Shown here: piece after piece, positions 49,655 through 58,170 of the stretch
How positions within the stretch are numbered: the first letter of the stretch is position 1
How the letters are laid out: the number at the start of each line of letters is the position of its first letter
NCBI GenBank assembly: GCA_043827405.1
Contig: JBDRPD010000054.1
Coordinates: 64,001 to 128,000, forward strand
DNA: 64,000 bases
Source: Elusimicrobiota bacterium
GTDB lineage: Bacteria > Elusimicrobiota > Elusimicrobia > UBA1565
Direction of reading: 5' to 3'
The notes under the pieces: generated by a model
Told to the model about the DNA's origin: nothing
What the model saw: only the letters and a program-made list of their open reading frames with translations
Databases searched by the model: none
Position numbers and translations under genes: made by a program

Positions 49655-51784
49655 ATGGATTGTCCTAAATGCGCGCAGCCGACTCTTAAGGAATCGCTCG
49701 GCCCCAGGGGCGTCGCGGTCGACTTGTGCAAGCGATGCTACGGGATATGGTTCGACAAAGGGGAGATCTATTCCTATGTCCGGGACCAGGAGCGGGTCTA
49801 CGATTTTCTGCGCGAGGCCTACCAGGAGACCAAGGACTCCCAGCGCAAATGCCCCCGCTGCACCACCGCCATGCGCGAGGTCGAGCTTAAGGACGCGGGG
49901 ATCGTCATTGAGGCCTGCTCGACCTGCGGCGGCAACTGGTTCGACGAGGGCGAAATCGTCCAGCTTAACCGCACTCTCGGTACCGGCATCAACCCGCAGG
50001 AGCCGGACTACATCCAGGCGGTCGAAAGCTCCTGGCAGGCGGCGGCGCGCGGGGAGAAGCCGCGTCCGCAGATGGAGAGCGCTGCGGGGACGCTGACATT
50101 TGCCGCTGCGGGCGACGCGTCCTGGAAGGCCATGGCCGGCGCTCCCCTGGCCGCCCTGCCCGACCTGGCGCTGCGCTCCTGGGGGACGCTGGCGGCTCTC
50201 TACGGCGTCCTCACGGCCTTCATGTTCGTCATCGTCTTCTACCTTAAGGTGGATATGGACTACGCCTTCGCCTTCGGCGCGCTCGGCATCGTCCTGCAGT
50301 TTTTGCTCGCGCCGTACCTGACGGACCTCTCGCTGAGCTGGCTCTACAAGATGCGGTGGCATCAGCCCGCGGAGCTGCCGCCTTTTTTGCGCGAATTCAT
50401 CGCCGAAGCCTTCGCCAAGGAGAAGGTCGCCTTCCCGCGCGTCGGCATCATCGAGGACGGCAGCCCCAACGCCTTCACCTACGGCCACTATCCGGGCGAC
50501 GCGCGCTTGGTCTTCACCCGCGGTCTGCTCGACATCCTCGATGAGGACGAGGCGAAGGCGGTGGCGGCGCATGAGATCGGCCACGTCATGCACTGGGATA
50601 TGGCGGTCATGACCATGGCGGCGCTGGTGCCCTTCATCCTCTACTATCTGTACCGGCTGTTCCGGGACCTCTCGAACAGCAGGAGCCGCTCCTCGTCGTC
50701 GAAGAAAGGCAACCCCTTCCCGCTGCTGATGATCATCGCCTACGTCCTCTACCTGATCACCCAATACCTGGTGCTGTTTTTATCGCGCGTGCGCGAGTAC
50801 TACGCCGACCGCTATGCCGGAGAGATTACGCAGATGCCCAACAAGATGGCCACGGCTTTGGTCAAAATCGCCTACGGTCTGGCCGGACGGCGCAAGAGCA
50901 AGCAGGAGAAGGAAGAGGGGGCGCCGCCCGCCGTCAAATCCCTGGGCATCTTCGACGCCGCTTCGGCCAAAGCCATGGTCGCGGCGTCGCTGGGAGCCGA
51001 AAAGAACGTGTCGACCGAGAACCTTCTCGGCGCCATGCAGTGGGACCTGTGGAATCCCTGGGCCATGTACTACGAGTTCAGCTCGACGCATCCCCTGACC
51101 GCCAAGCGCATCCAGCGCCTGGGCGAGCAGGCGGCCAGCTGCGGCCAGCGGCCGCTGGTGCTCTTCAACCTGGAGCAGCCCGAGAGCTACTGGGACGATT
51201 TCTTTGTCGATCTGTTCTACGCCTGGCTGCCGCTGATCTTCGTCGCCGCCGTGGGGTGCTTTCATTTCCTTTCGGGACGCGAGATGCCGACTCAGCCGGC
51301 CTGGCTCGTTTACGTGGCGGCGCTGTGCATGGGCTATATCGGCAAGACGATGTTTTCCTGCCGGACCGGCTTCTTCCCGGAGATGAGCGTGAGCGCGCTG
51401 CTCAAGCGGGTCAAGGTATCCAAGGTGCGCGGGGTGCCGGCCACTATTGAGGGTACGGTCATCGGCCGCGGCGTTCCCGGCTATATCTTCTCTGAAGACC
51501 TGGTGCTGCAGGACCAGACCGGCTTCATCTTCATCGACTACGAGCAGCCCTTGGCCGTCTTTGAATTGCTTTTCGCGATCACCAAGGGCCCGCGGCTCAT
51601 CGACCAGAAAGTGATGGTGGAGGGCTGGTACCGACGCGGACCGGTGCCTTTTTTCGAGGTTCGTCGCATCCATCACCGCGAGGGTGTCAGCACCTGCTGG
51701 ACGCTGGAGGCAAAGTACGTCCTGGCGGGGCTGTTTCTGGCGCTGTCGCTTTTGTGCGGGCTCGGGATTCTCGGCACCTTCTAA
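49655..51784 (+). CDS. M48 (HtpX-like) membrane zinc metalloprotease with two N-terminal zf-TFIIB zinc ribbons and a C-terminal extension
   Basis: CPKC..CKRCYGIWFDKGE, CPRC..CSTCGGNWFDEGE, PNAFTYG, AHEIGH, SRVREYYAD, STHP. Confidence 0.88.
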   Translation: MDCPKCAQPTLKESLGPRGVAVDLCKRCYGIWFDKGEIYSYVRDQERVYDFLREAYQETKDSQRKCPRCTTAMREVELKDAGIVIEACSTCGGNWFDEGEIVQLNRTLGTGINPQEPDYIQAVESSWQAAARGEKPRPQMESAAGTLTFAAAGDASWKAMAGAPLAALPDLALRSWGTLAALYGVLTAFMFVIVFYLKVDMDYAFAFGALGIVLQFLLAPYLTDLSLSWLYKMRWHQPAELPPFLREFIAEAFAKEKVAFPRVGIIEDGSPNAFTYGHYPGDARLVFTRGLLDILDEDEAKAVAAHEIGHVMHWDMAVMTMAALVPFILYYLYRLFRDLSNSRSRSSSSKKGNPFPLLMIIAYVLYLITQYLVLFLSRVREYYADRYAGEITQMPNKMATALVKIAYGLAGRRKSKQEKEEGAPPAVKSLGIFDAASAKAMVAASLGAEKNVSTENLLGAMQWDLWNPWAMYYEFSSTHPLTAKRIQRLGEQAASCGQRPLVLFNLEQPESYWDDFFVDLFYAWLPLIFVAAVGCFHFLSGREMPTQPAWLVYVAALCMGYIGKTMFSCRTGFFPEMSVSALLKRVKVSKVRGVPATIEGTVIGRGVPGYIFSEDLVLQDQTGFIFIDYEQPLAVFELLFAITKGPRLIDQKVMVEGWYRRGPVPFFEVRRIHHREGVSTCWTLEAKYVLAGLFLALSLLCGLGILGTF

Positions 51785-51812
51785 GCGGCGTATTCCGTGC
51801 TACAATGGCGGG

Positions 51813-52874
51813 GTGAAGTTTCCAGGGCTTGCGGCCGCCTGCCTGCTCGTTTTTGCCGTTCCGGCGCTTGCTGACGCTCCGAACGAGTCTCTGAGCTCTC
51901 AGGCGCAGCGGGCGTTCCATGAAGCGGCGGCGTCGTCTCCCGGCGCTTACCGTCCCCGGTCTCAGCCCTTTAAGCCCTTCTCCTTCGCCGTGATCGCCGA
52001 CTTTCAGACCGGTGAAGGGCATGACGATTTCGGCACCCCCGGCTATGACGACCGCTTCGAATCTCTGCCGCCGGAAGACGAGCGTATAAAGAAGATTCAG
52101 CTGGCGATCGACAAGGTCAACCGCCTGGCCGGCGCGCAGGATATCCGTTTTGTATTTATCGCCGGAGATCTCACCAACAGCGCCGAGCGCTCGGAGTTCC
52201 AGGCCGCCAAGTCCATGCTCGACGGGCTGCAGGTTCCGTATTTCCCGATCATCGGCAACCACGACATGTGGCCCTATGTCTGGAAGGGCGCCGAGGCGCC
52301 GGCGCCGCTGGGCAAGCAGTACTTCGACGAGGTGTTCGGCAGCTACGTGAAAACGCTGCCCGATATCTTTCCCGGCAAGATCCGGTCCGCGGGCGGCGGC
52401 GAGTTCGTCAACTACATCTTCTCCTACCAGGGCATCGGCTTCATCGTCGCCGACTGGAACTCGCGGACGGCCAGCCCGTTCGGCCCGGGCGCCAGCCCGG
52501 GCGCGCGGCTGCACGATTTCGCCGGCGGCACCTACCGTTGGCTGACGGATTTGCTGCGCGGCGGCTGGCAGGACGACAAGTCCCGGGTGTTCCTGTTCCA
52601 GCACCACCCCTTTCGCGCCAAGATGCCGCGTGAAATCGCGGGCTGCTTTACCCGCGGCGATACCGCGCGCATGCGCGACCTGCTGCGGGAGCGGATCGGA
52701 AGCCCGCGGCTGGCCGCGGTGCTCGCCGGCCATCAGCACCGAACCTTCGACGGCCCCGCCTTCGACGGCTGGCCGGAGCTGCGGCAGATCGAGACCGACT
52801 CCGCCAAAGAGGAGTCTTCGGTGACGGTCGTGACCGTGGATTCGCCGGACTCTTTTACCTTCCGCCGCTACTGA
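51813..52874 (+). CDS. Secreted calcineurin-like metallophosphoesterase
   Basis: Signal peptide, ADFQ, AGDLT, GNHD, QHHP, AGHQH; GTG start. Confidence 0.85.
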   Translation: MKFPGLAAACLLVFAVPALADAPNESLSSQAQRAFHEAAASSPGAYRPRSQPFKPFSFAVIADFQTGEGHDDFGTPGYDDRFESLPPEDERIKKIQLAIDKVNRLAGAQDIRFVFIAGDLTNSAERSEFQAAKSMLDGLQVPYFPIIGNHDMWPYVWKGAEAPAPLGKQYFDEVFGSYVKTLPDIFPGKIRSAGGGEFVNYIFSYQGIGFIVADWNSRTASPFGPGASPGARLHDFAGGTYRWLTDLLRGGWQDDKSRVFLFQHHPFRAKMPREIAGCFTRGDTARMRDLLRERIGSPRLAAVLAGHQHRTFDGPAFDGWPELRQIETDSAKEESSVTVVTVDSPDSFTFRRY

Positions 52875-52880
52875 GCCCGG

Positions 52881-53843
52881 CTACTCGATCTCGTCGCCGA
52901 TCATGTCCTCGAGCACGTCCTCGAGGGTGACCACGCCTACCAGCTCGCCGTCGGAGCTCAGCACCACCCCGATCTGGGTACTGTGGCGCAGGAACAGCTC
53001 CAGGAGCTCGTTGATCGGCATGTCGTCGCGTACGAACCGCACCGGGCGCATGAGCTCGACCATGGTGGTGCTGTGATCCAGCTCCATCAGGGCTTTGAAT
53101 ATGGTCTGCCGGTAGACCACGCCGATGATGGCGTCCGGGGCGCTGCTCATGCAGATGAGGATGCGCTTGTAGCGCCAGTGCGCCGCCTCCACCTTGGTCA
53201 TGGCCAAGGTCATCTTCTCCGGCAGCCGGCGGATCTTGGAGTAGGGCGTCATGATGTCGCGGGTCTTGATGTCGTTGAGGCGCAGGGCGTTGCGCAGCCA
53301 CTTGGCTTCCTGCGGCAGAATCTTGCCGCCCTCCATGCTGAGCAGAGCCGTGCTGACCAGGTCTTCTTCCGTCGGCGACGCGATGCGGCCGGACTTGCCG
53401 AAAAAGCCGCTGACCGCCTCGGCGACGCGGATATACGGCCACAGGCACCAGACCGCGATCTGCAGGGGCATGGCGAGCTTGGGCGCCAGGGTGTCGGCGA
53501 AGCGCACGCCCAGGCTTTTGGGGGTGATCTCGCTGCAGAACAGCACCGCGGCGGTATACCCGAGGGAAAACGGCATGAGCCAGTAGTGGCCGTACTGGAT
53601 TTCCACCAAAGCGCCCGCGAGGACGCCGCCCATGGCGTTGAATATGGTATTGAGCGCCAGGATCGCGGCGATGGGCTGGTCGATGTTCTGGCGCAGATGC
53701 GCCAGCGTCTGGCCGCCCGGGCTGCCCAGGCGGCGCAGCGTTTCGATGCGTCCCAGGGGGATGGAGTAGAAGGCGGCTTCGGTCAGCGAGCACAGGAAGG
53801 AGCCGGCGAGGCTGCCCAGGACGATGAGGGTGATCAGGTTCAC
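52881..53843 (-). CDS. CNNM (DUF21)-CBS domain protein, CorB/HlyC family, paralogue 2
   Basis: CSLTEAA, IAAILALNT, SEITPKSLG, IMTP, GVVTLEDVLEDMIG. Confidence 0.9.
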   Translation of the reverse strand: MNLITLIVLGSLAGSFLCSLTEAAFYSIPLGRIETLRRLGSPGGQTLAHLRQNIDQPIAAILALNTIFNAMGGVLAGALVEIQYGHYWLMPFSLGYTAAVLFCSEITPKSLGVRFADTLAPKLAMPLQIAVWCLWPYIRVAEAVSGFFGKSGRIASPTEEDLVSTALLSMEGGKILPQEAKWLRNALRLNDIKTRDIMTPYSKIRRLPEKMTLAMTKVEAAHWRYKRILICMSSAPDAIIGVVYRQTIFKALMELDHSTTMVELMRPVRFVRDDMPINELLELFLRHSTQIGVVLSSDGELVGVVTLEDVLEDMIGDEIE

Positions 53844-54806
53844 CTAGTCGATCTCCGCGCCGATCATATCTTCCAGCACGTCCTCCATGGTGACCACGCC
53901 GACGAGCTTCCCCTCGTCGCTCTTGACCACGGCGATCTGGGTCTTGTTCTTGACGAAGAACTCGATCAGGTCATGGGACGGCAGGTTGGAGCTCACGAAA
54001 TGCACGGGGATCATGAGCTGCTTCATCGTGGTGTCGGGGGCGCGCCGCAGCTTGGCGGCGAAGACGCTGCGCCGCAGCACCAGGCCGAGAATCTCGTCGG
54101 GATTGTCGTCGTTGGCTATCAGGACGCGGCTGTAGCGCCAATGGCTCCAGTCCGCCTTGACCTCCGATAGCGGGAGGACGTCCGGTATCCGCTTGATATT
54201 CTCGTAGGGCGTCATGATGTCGCGGGTTTTGATGTCGTTTAGCCGCAGGATATTGCGGATCCACTTGCCTTCCTGCTTGAGGATCTTGCCGCTGGCCTCG
54301 CTGAGCATGGTCATGCTGATGATGTCCTGCTCGGTGGGGTGCGAAAGCCGTGAGGAGCCGCCGATAAAGCGGGTAACCAGGGACGAGATCTTGACGAACG
54401 GCGCCAGGGTCCAGATGAGGATCTGCAGCGGCCAGGCCAGGGCCGGAGCCAGGCTGTTGGCGTAGCGCACGCCCAGGCTTTTCGGCACGATCTCGCTCAC
54501 GAACAGAATCAGGACCGTGAACGCGCCCGAGAAAATGCCGATCCCGAGATTGCCGTAATACGTCTCGACCAGGGCGCCGGACCAGATGGCGCCCAAAGTC
54601 ATCACCATGGTGTTGACGATGAGGATGGCGGCGATCGGTTCGTCGACGCGCTCGCGCAGCTTGGCGAGGCGGAGCCCCAGCGGGCTCTGCAAGCGCTTAA
54701 GCGTCGCGATGCGGCTGCGCGAGACGGAATACAAAGCGGCCTCGCTCAGCGAACACAGGAATACGCCGATGAGGCTGACGACGACAATAACCGCTATAGC
54801 GAACAT
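53844..54806 (-). CDS. CNNM (DUF21)-CBS domain protein, CorB/HlyC family, paralogue 1
   Basis: CSLSEAA, IAAILIVNT, SEIVPKSLG, IMTP, GVVTMEDVLEDMIG. Confidence 0.9.
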   Translation of the reverse strand: MFAIAVIVVVSLIGVFLCSLSEAALYSVSRSRIATLKRLQSPLGLRLAKLRERVDEPIAAILIVNTMVMTLGAIWSGALVETYYGNLGIGIFSGAFTVLILFVSEIVPKSLGVRYANSLAPALAWPLQILIWTLAPFVKISSLVTRFIGGSSRLSHPTEQDIISMTMLSEASGKILKQEGKWIRNILRLNDIKTRDIMTPYENIKRIPDVLPLSEVKADWSHWRYSRVLIANDDNPDEILGLVLRRSVFAAKLRRAPDTTMKQLMIPVHFVSSNLPSHDLIEFFVKNKTQIAVVKSDEGKLVGVVTMEDVLEDMIGAEID

Positions 54807-54831
54807 TCGTTAGGCGAGGGAGGCTTGTACA

Positions 54832-54860
54832 TATATAAGGTGCGGAGCGGAATTTTTCAA
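54832..54860 (-). promoter_or_regulatory. Sigma70-type promoter of the CNNM pair
   Basis: Minus strand TTGAAA-17 nt-TATATA. Confidence 0.5.
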
Positions 54861-54928
54861 GGGCGGATCAGCGGGAGTATACGAAATCAGCGTTCGGGGT
54901 TGGGGGAGCCAACCGGCGGCCTCGCCCC

Positions 54929-55150
54929 CTACTCGACGTCCTTCGTCATGGAGTAGAGGTCCGCCGCGAAGAGCGCCCCGAGAAGGAGCGTCAACCCGAC
55001 GGCCGCCGTTATACGGGTCGGCGCCGGCTGGACCAGCAGCCATTTCCCCATCGCCCCGAGCTTCATGAAGGTCCCCAGACAGAAGGCCCAGACGAGAAGA
55101 GTCAGCGGCGGTGCGTAGTGGCAGCGTATCGCCACGTCGCGCGCGCGCAC
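54929..55150 (-). CDS. Possible small two-TM membrane protein
   Basis: Two hydrophobic segments; starts 2 nt after the stop of the upstream gene. Confidence 0.35.
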   Translation of the reverse strand: MRARDVAIRCHYAPPLTLLVWAFCLGTFMKLGAMGKWLLVQPAPTRITAAVGLTLLLGALFAADLYSMTKDVE

Positions 55151-55152
55151 TA

Positions 55153-56670
55153 TCAGCTCTGCGGCCGGCCGGGGAAGTCGATCTTGAGTCCTGCGGCGTT
55201 CTTGATGAGCCGGCCGGGGAGCTCGGCTTTAAGCACCAGGCCGGTACCGGTGATCTCGAGGCTCTCAAAGAACGTCTCGCCGTCGGCGGGCCGGGCGGGG
55301 GCGCCGTCGATGCGGATCACCGCGTCGGCGGGGAGGAGGAAGTCCTCGTCGCCGTCAGAACGGTTGATCATATCGATCTTTGTGAGTCTGAGCAGATAGC
55401 CGGGACCCGCGGCCTCGAAGCTGTTGACCGCGGGCATGAGCCAGGAGCCGTCGTTTAGCACGAAGTTCTTGCTGAAAGAGAAGCTGCCGTCCACGCCCTT
55501 CGGGGCGCTGATGCGGACATGCGTCAGCGGCGAGGTCTCGAAGGCCTCCAGGGCCTCGGCGATGGCGCGCAGTTCGCCTGAGAGTTCGGCGTTGGAACGG
55601 GCCAGCAGGGCGGGGAAATCAAACTCGGCCTTGGCCGCGGCGACCAGGGCCGCCTCATCGGCGGGAGCGACGGGATAGGCGGCGCGCATCTGTGAGAAGA
55701 CGGCCTGCCCGGCCGCGACGGCGGACTTCCAGCCGGCCGTACCCGCCGCGTCCAAGAGGTAGCCCTGCCCCGCGCCGGTGGAGTAATAGCGCCACTTGCT
55801 CATCTGGCCGAACTCGACCGGGTTTTTGAGCCGGCCGATCAGTTTGTCGGTCCCCCGCATCACCTTGCCCGGACCGCCGGTCAGTTTGAGTTCGGCGTAG
55901 TGGGCCATGCCCTCCAACCGCTCCTGACCATCCTCCACGTCGGCGCAGCCCTGAGGGTTGGCCTGGCGGCGGGCGTTGCGGACGGCGATGAACATGCGGG
56001 CGTAGCGGCGGGCGTCGGGGGTGCGTAAAGCGTCCACGGCCGCCGCGAGGGCGGCATTGGCAAGGTTGGCCAGGGCCACGTCCGTCCCGTCCGCCTTGGG
56101 GTAGCGGGAGGGGAAGTGCTTCATCGTGAAGGCGGTCTCTTGGAAGACATGAAAGCGCTCATGGACCACGGTCGCCACCGTCCGGTCGGCCTTCCAGCCG
56201 GCCTCGGATTTTATGGCGAAGGTGTCCTCGCCGCCCAGCGGGGTATGGAACAGGAACGGGCCATTGAAGGGCGGAGTCACGTCGGTCGCGTGATGCACCG
56301 TGATGCCGCCCTGCCGCAGAGGCCGGTAGCCGGCGGGGGGAGCGGGGTGGTTGATCAGGAAAGCCCCGCCCGCACCGTCGAAGATCTGGATGGGCTGGGC
56401 CAAGGGTTCGTAGCCGGGCCAGACGGAAGACGCGGCGTTCTCACGAGCGGCCGCCAGGAGACCGGCCGGGATGAGGGGGAGGTTCGCGGTCTTCTTGGGT
56501 CGGATATCCGGCGTCAGGTCCGGCATGACCGGCACGGCCGGGCCCTTTCGCGGGGCGGCCCCGTCGAATTCCCGGTCCCAGCGGGCCTTGTCGGCCGCGC
56601 CGGGGACGAGCAAGACTTCCCCGCGGGCGGCGGGAGCGAACAGCACGAAAAGGGCCACTAACAGCCTCAT
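55153..56670 (-). CDS. Secreted putative gluzincin-type metallopeptidase
   Basis: Signal peptide, Pro-rich linker, VVHERFHVFQ...LEGMAHYAE...YYSTG. Confidence 0.7.
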   Translation of the reverse strand: MRLLVALFVLFAPAARGEVLLVPGAADKARWDREFDGAAPRKGPAVPVMPDLTPDIRPKKTANLPLIPAGLLAAARENAASSVWPGYEPLAQPIQIFDGAGGAFLINHPAPPAGYRPLRQGGITVHHATDVTPPFNGPFLFHTPLGGEDTFAIKSEAGWKADRTVATVVHERFHVFQETAFTMKHFPSRYPKADGTDVALANLANAALAAAVDALRTPDARRYARMFIAVRNARRQANPQGCADVEDGQERLEGMAHYAELKLTGGPGKVMRGTDKLIGRLKNPVEFGQMSKWRYYSTGAGQGYLLDAAGTAGWKSAVAAGQAVFSQMRAAYPVAPADEAALVAAAKAEFDFPALLARSNAELSGELRAIAEALEAFETSPLTHVRISAPKGVDGSFSFSKNFVLNDGSWLMPAVNSFEAAGPGYLLRLTKIDMINRSDGDEDFLLPADAVIRIDGAPARPADGETFFESLEITGTGLVLKAELPGRLIKNAAGLKIDFPGRPQS

Positions 56671-56677
56671 ACCCTAT

Positions 56678-56746
56678 AGAGTAGAGGGAATGGACGGCGT
56701 CGGCATGAGCCGTTAGGGGCGGTCCCGGGGAGGGACCTTCAGCCCG
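56678..56746 (-). promoter_or_regulatory. Paired palindromic operator sites plus -10 box upstream of the 56670 gene
   Basis: AGGGACCTTCAGCCCG at 56731-56746 and TGAGCCGTTAGGGGCG at 56706-56721; minus-strand TACTCT at 56678-56683. Confidence 0.45.
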
Positions 56747-56793
56747 TATTAAAATGCTGCTTCCGGAAGCTTTTTGCATCAGCGGCGGGAAAA

Positions 56794-58170
56794 TCACCGC
56801 GCCGGCGCGCGCAGCACGTCTTCGGTCACCAGCCGGTCGGTGATCCGCGACCATTCGATGCGCAGCTTGCGCCGCAGCACTCCGTGCTGTATCCGGCTGA
56901 AGCGGTTGGCGTCGAGCACGTTGACGGCGGAGATATAGTCGTTAAGCGAGGCCTTGGCGTAGGTATAGTTCTCGGACTCGTCTTTGAGGACGTTCTCCGC
57001 CAGCCGAATCTTCGTGTCGGTGATCTCTTCGAGCCGGGTTTCGCGCTCCATGCGCAGGTGGAGGTTCAGGATGTCGGCACGCAGCCGCTCATGGGTGTTC
57101 TGCGTCGCCAGCTCGGTCCGGCGCCGCTCGACCTTGGCGATCTCGTGCGCGGCCTTCCCCTGCTGATCGGTAAAGAATGGGAATTCGATGGAAACCCCCG
57201 CCATGGCCTTGTTCTCCGGCTTCTCGATGCCGGGCTTTTCGCCCCGGCGCTCGTACTCGAAGAGCAGGCTGATCGACGGCAGCAGGGCGTCCGCCTCGCG
57301 GGAGACCTCGAGCGAACTCTTGTCCTCCAGCAGGCGCAAGGTCCGGTAGGTGCGGCTGTCGCCGCGGAAGCGCGCGTACATCTCATCGAAGCTGCCCGTG
57401 AGAGGCGCGGGCGGCGGGGGCGCCGCCGGGACCAAAGTCTCCGCGCTCTTGTGCCGCAGGACGCGCTGGACGAGGTTGAGGCGGCTCACATAGGCCTCCT
57501 CCAGGTCGACCAGCTTCTCCTTTTTGCCCAGAACCTGCAGCTCGATCTTGTTGACGTCGATGGTCTTGGCGATGCGCGCATTCGAGCGCTGGCGCATGTT
57601 CTCCAGCAGCTTCAGATTCTCTTCATAGGAAGAGCGGCCTATCTGCAGGTTCTCATAGGCCTCGTACCAGTCCAGGTAGAAGCCCTGGACGGCGGCCAGA
57701 TAGTCCTCGTAGGCTTCGACGATCTGGTAGCGGGCGACGTCGGTCTCGAGGCCGACGATCTTCCTGAGCAGGCGCGTCGAGCGGCCGAAGGCGTTCTCGG
57801 CGATCGGCTGGGCCAAAGCGAAGGTTAGCGCGGCCGCGTCGTGATTGGGGCGGCTCGCGGGCGGCGTCAAGGTGTAGGAAGCATCGAGCTCGGTTCCCGC
57901 CAGTGGGAAGAGCTTGCTTAGGCCCGCCGTCGTCTTGTCGTCGTTTTCATCGATGTCGAGCGAGGCCGACAGCTCTTCCCGCACGCTGAGGACGAAGTCG
58001 CGCGCGGGAAGGCGCAGGTCCTGCCGGTGCTTGAGGGCGAGCTCGGCGATCAGGATCTCCTCGAACTGCGTGTCGTTACGGACGGCGAGGCGCAGGAACT
58101 CGTCCATCGTCAAGGTCCGCGTCGAGGCCGCGGCGGGGACCGCAAAAAGCAGCAGGAACATCAGCTTCAT
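56794..58170 (-). CDS. TolC-family outer-membrane efflux protein
   Basis: Signal peptide, OEP helical/beta repeats (LLPSISL, GVSIEFP); ATGA overlap with the RND gene. Confidence 0.85.
   Translation of the reverse strand: MKLMFLLLFAVPAAASTRTLTMDEFLRLAVRNDTQFEEILIAELALKHRQDLRLPARDFVLSVREELSASLDIDENDDKTTAGLSKLFPLAGTELDASYTLTPPASRPNHDAAALTFALAQPIAENAFGRSTRLLRKIVGLETDVARYQIVEAYEDYLAAVQGFYLDWYEAYENLQIGRSSYEENLKLLENMRQRSNARIAKTIDVNKIELQVLGKKEKLVDLEEAYVSRLNLVQRVLRHKSAETLVPAAPPPPAPLTGSFDEMYARFRGDSRTYRTLRLLEDKSSLEVSREADALLPSISLLFEYERRGEKPGIEKPENKAMAGVSIEFPFFTDQQGKAAHEIAKVERRRTELATQNTHERLRADILNLHLRMERETRLEEITDTKIRLAENVLKDESENYTYAKASLNDYISAVNVLDANRFSRIQHGVLRRKLRIEWSRITDRLVTEDVLRAPAR

Noticed and set aside
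54807..54928. Possible Mg2+/Mn2+ riboswitch upstream of the CNNM pair
   Set aside because: The apparent promoter leaves only about 20 nt of leader, and no M-box or yybP-ykoY features were recognised.
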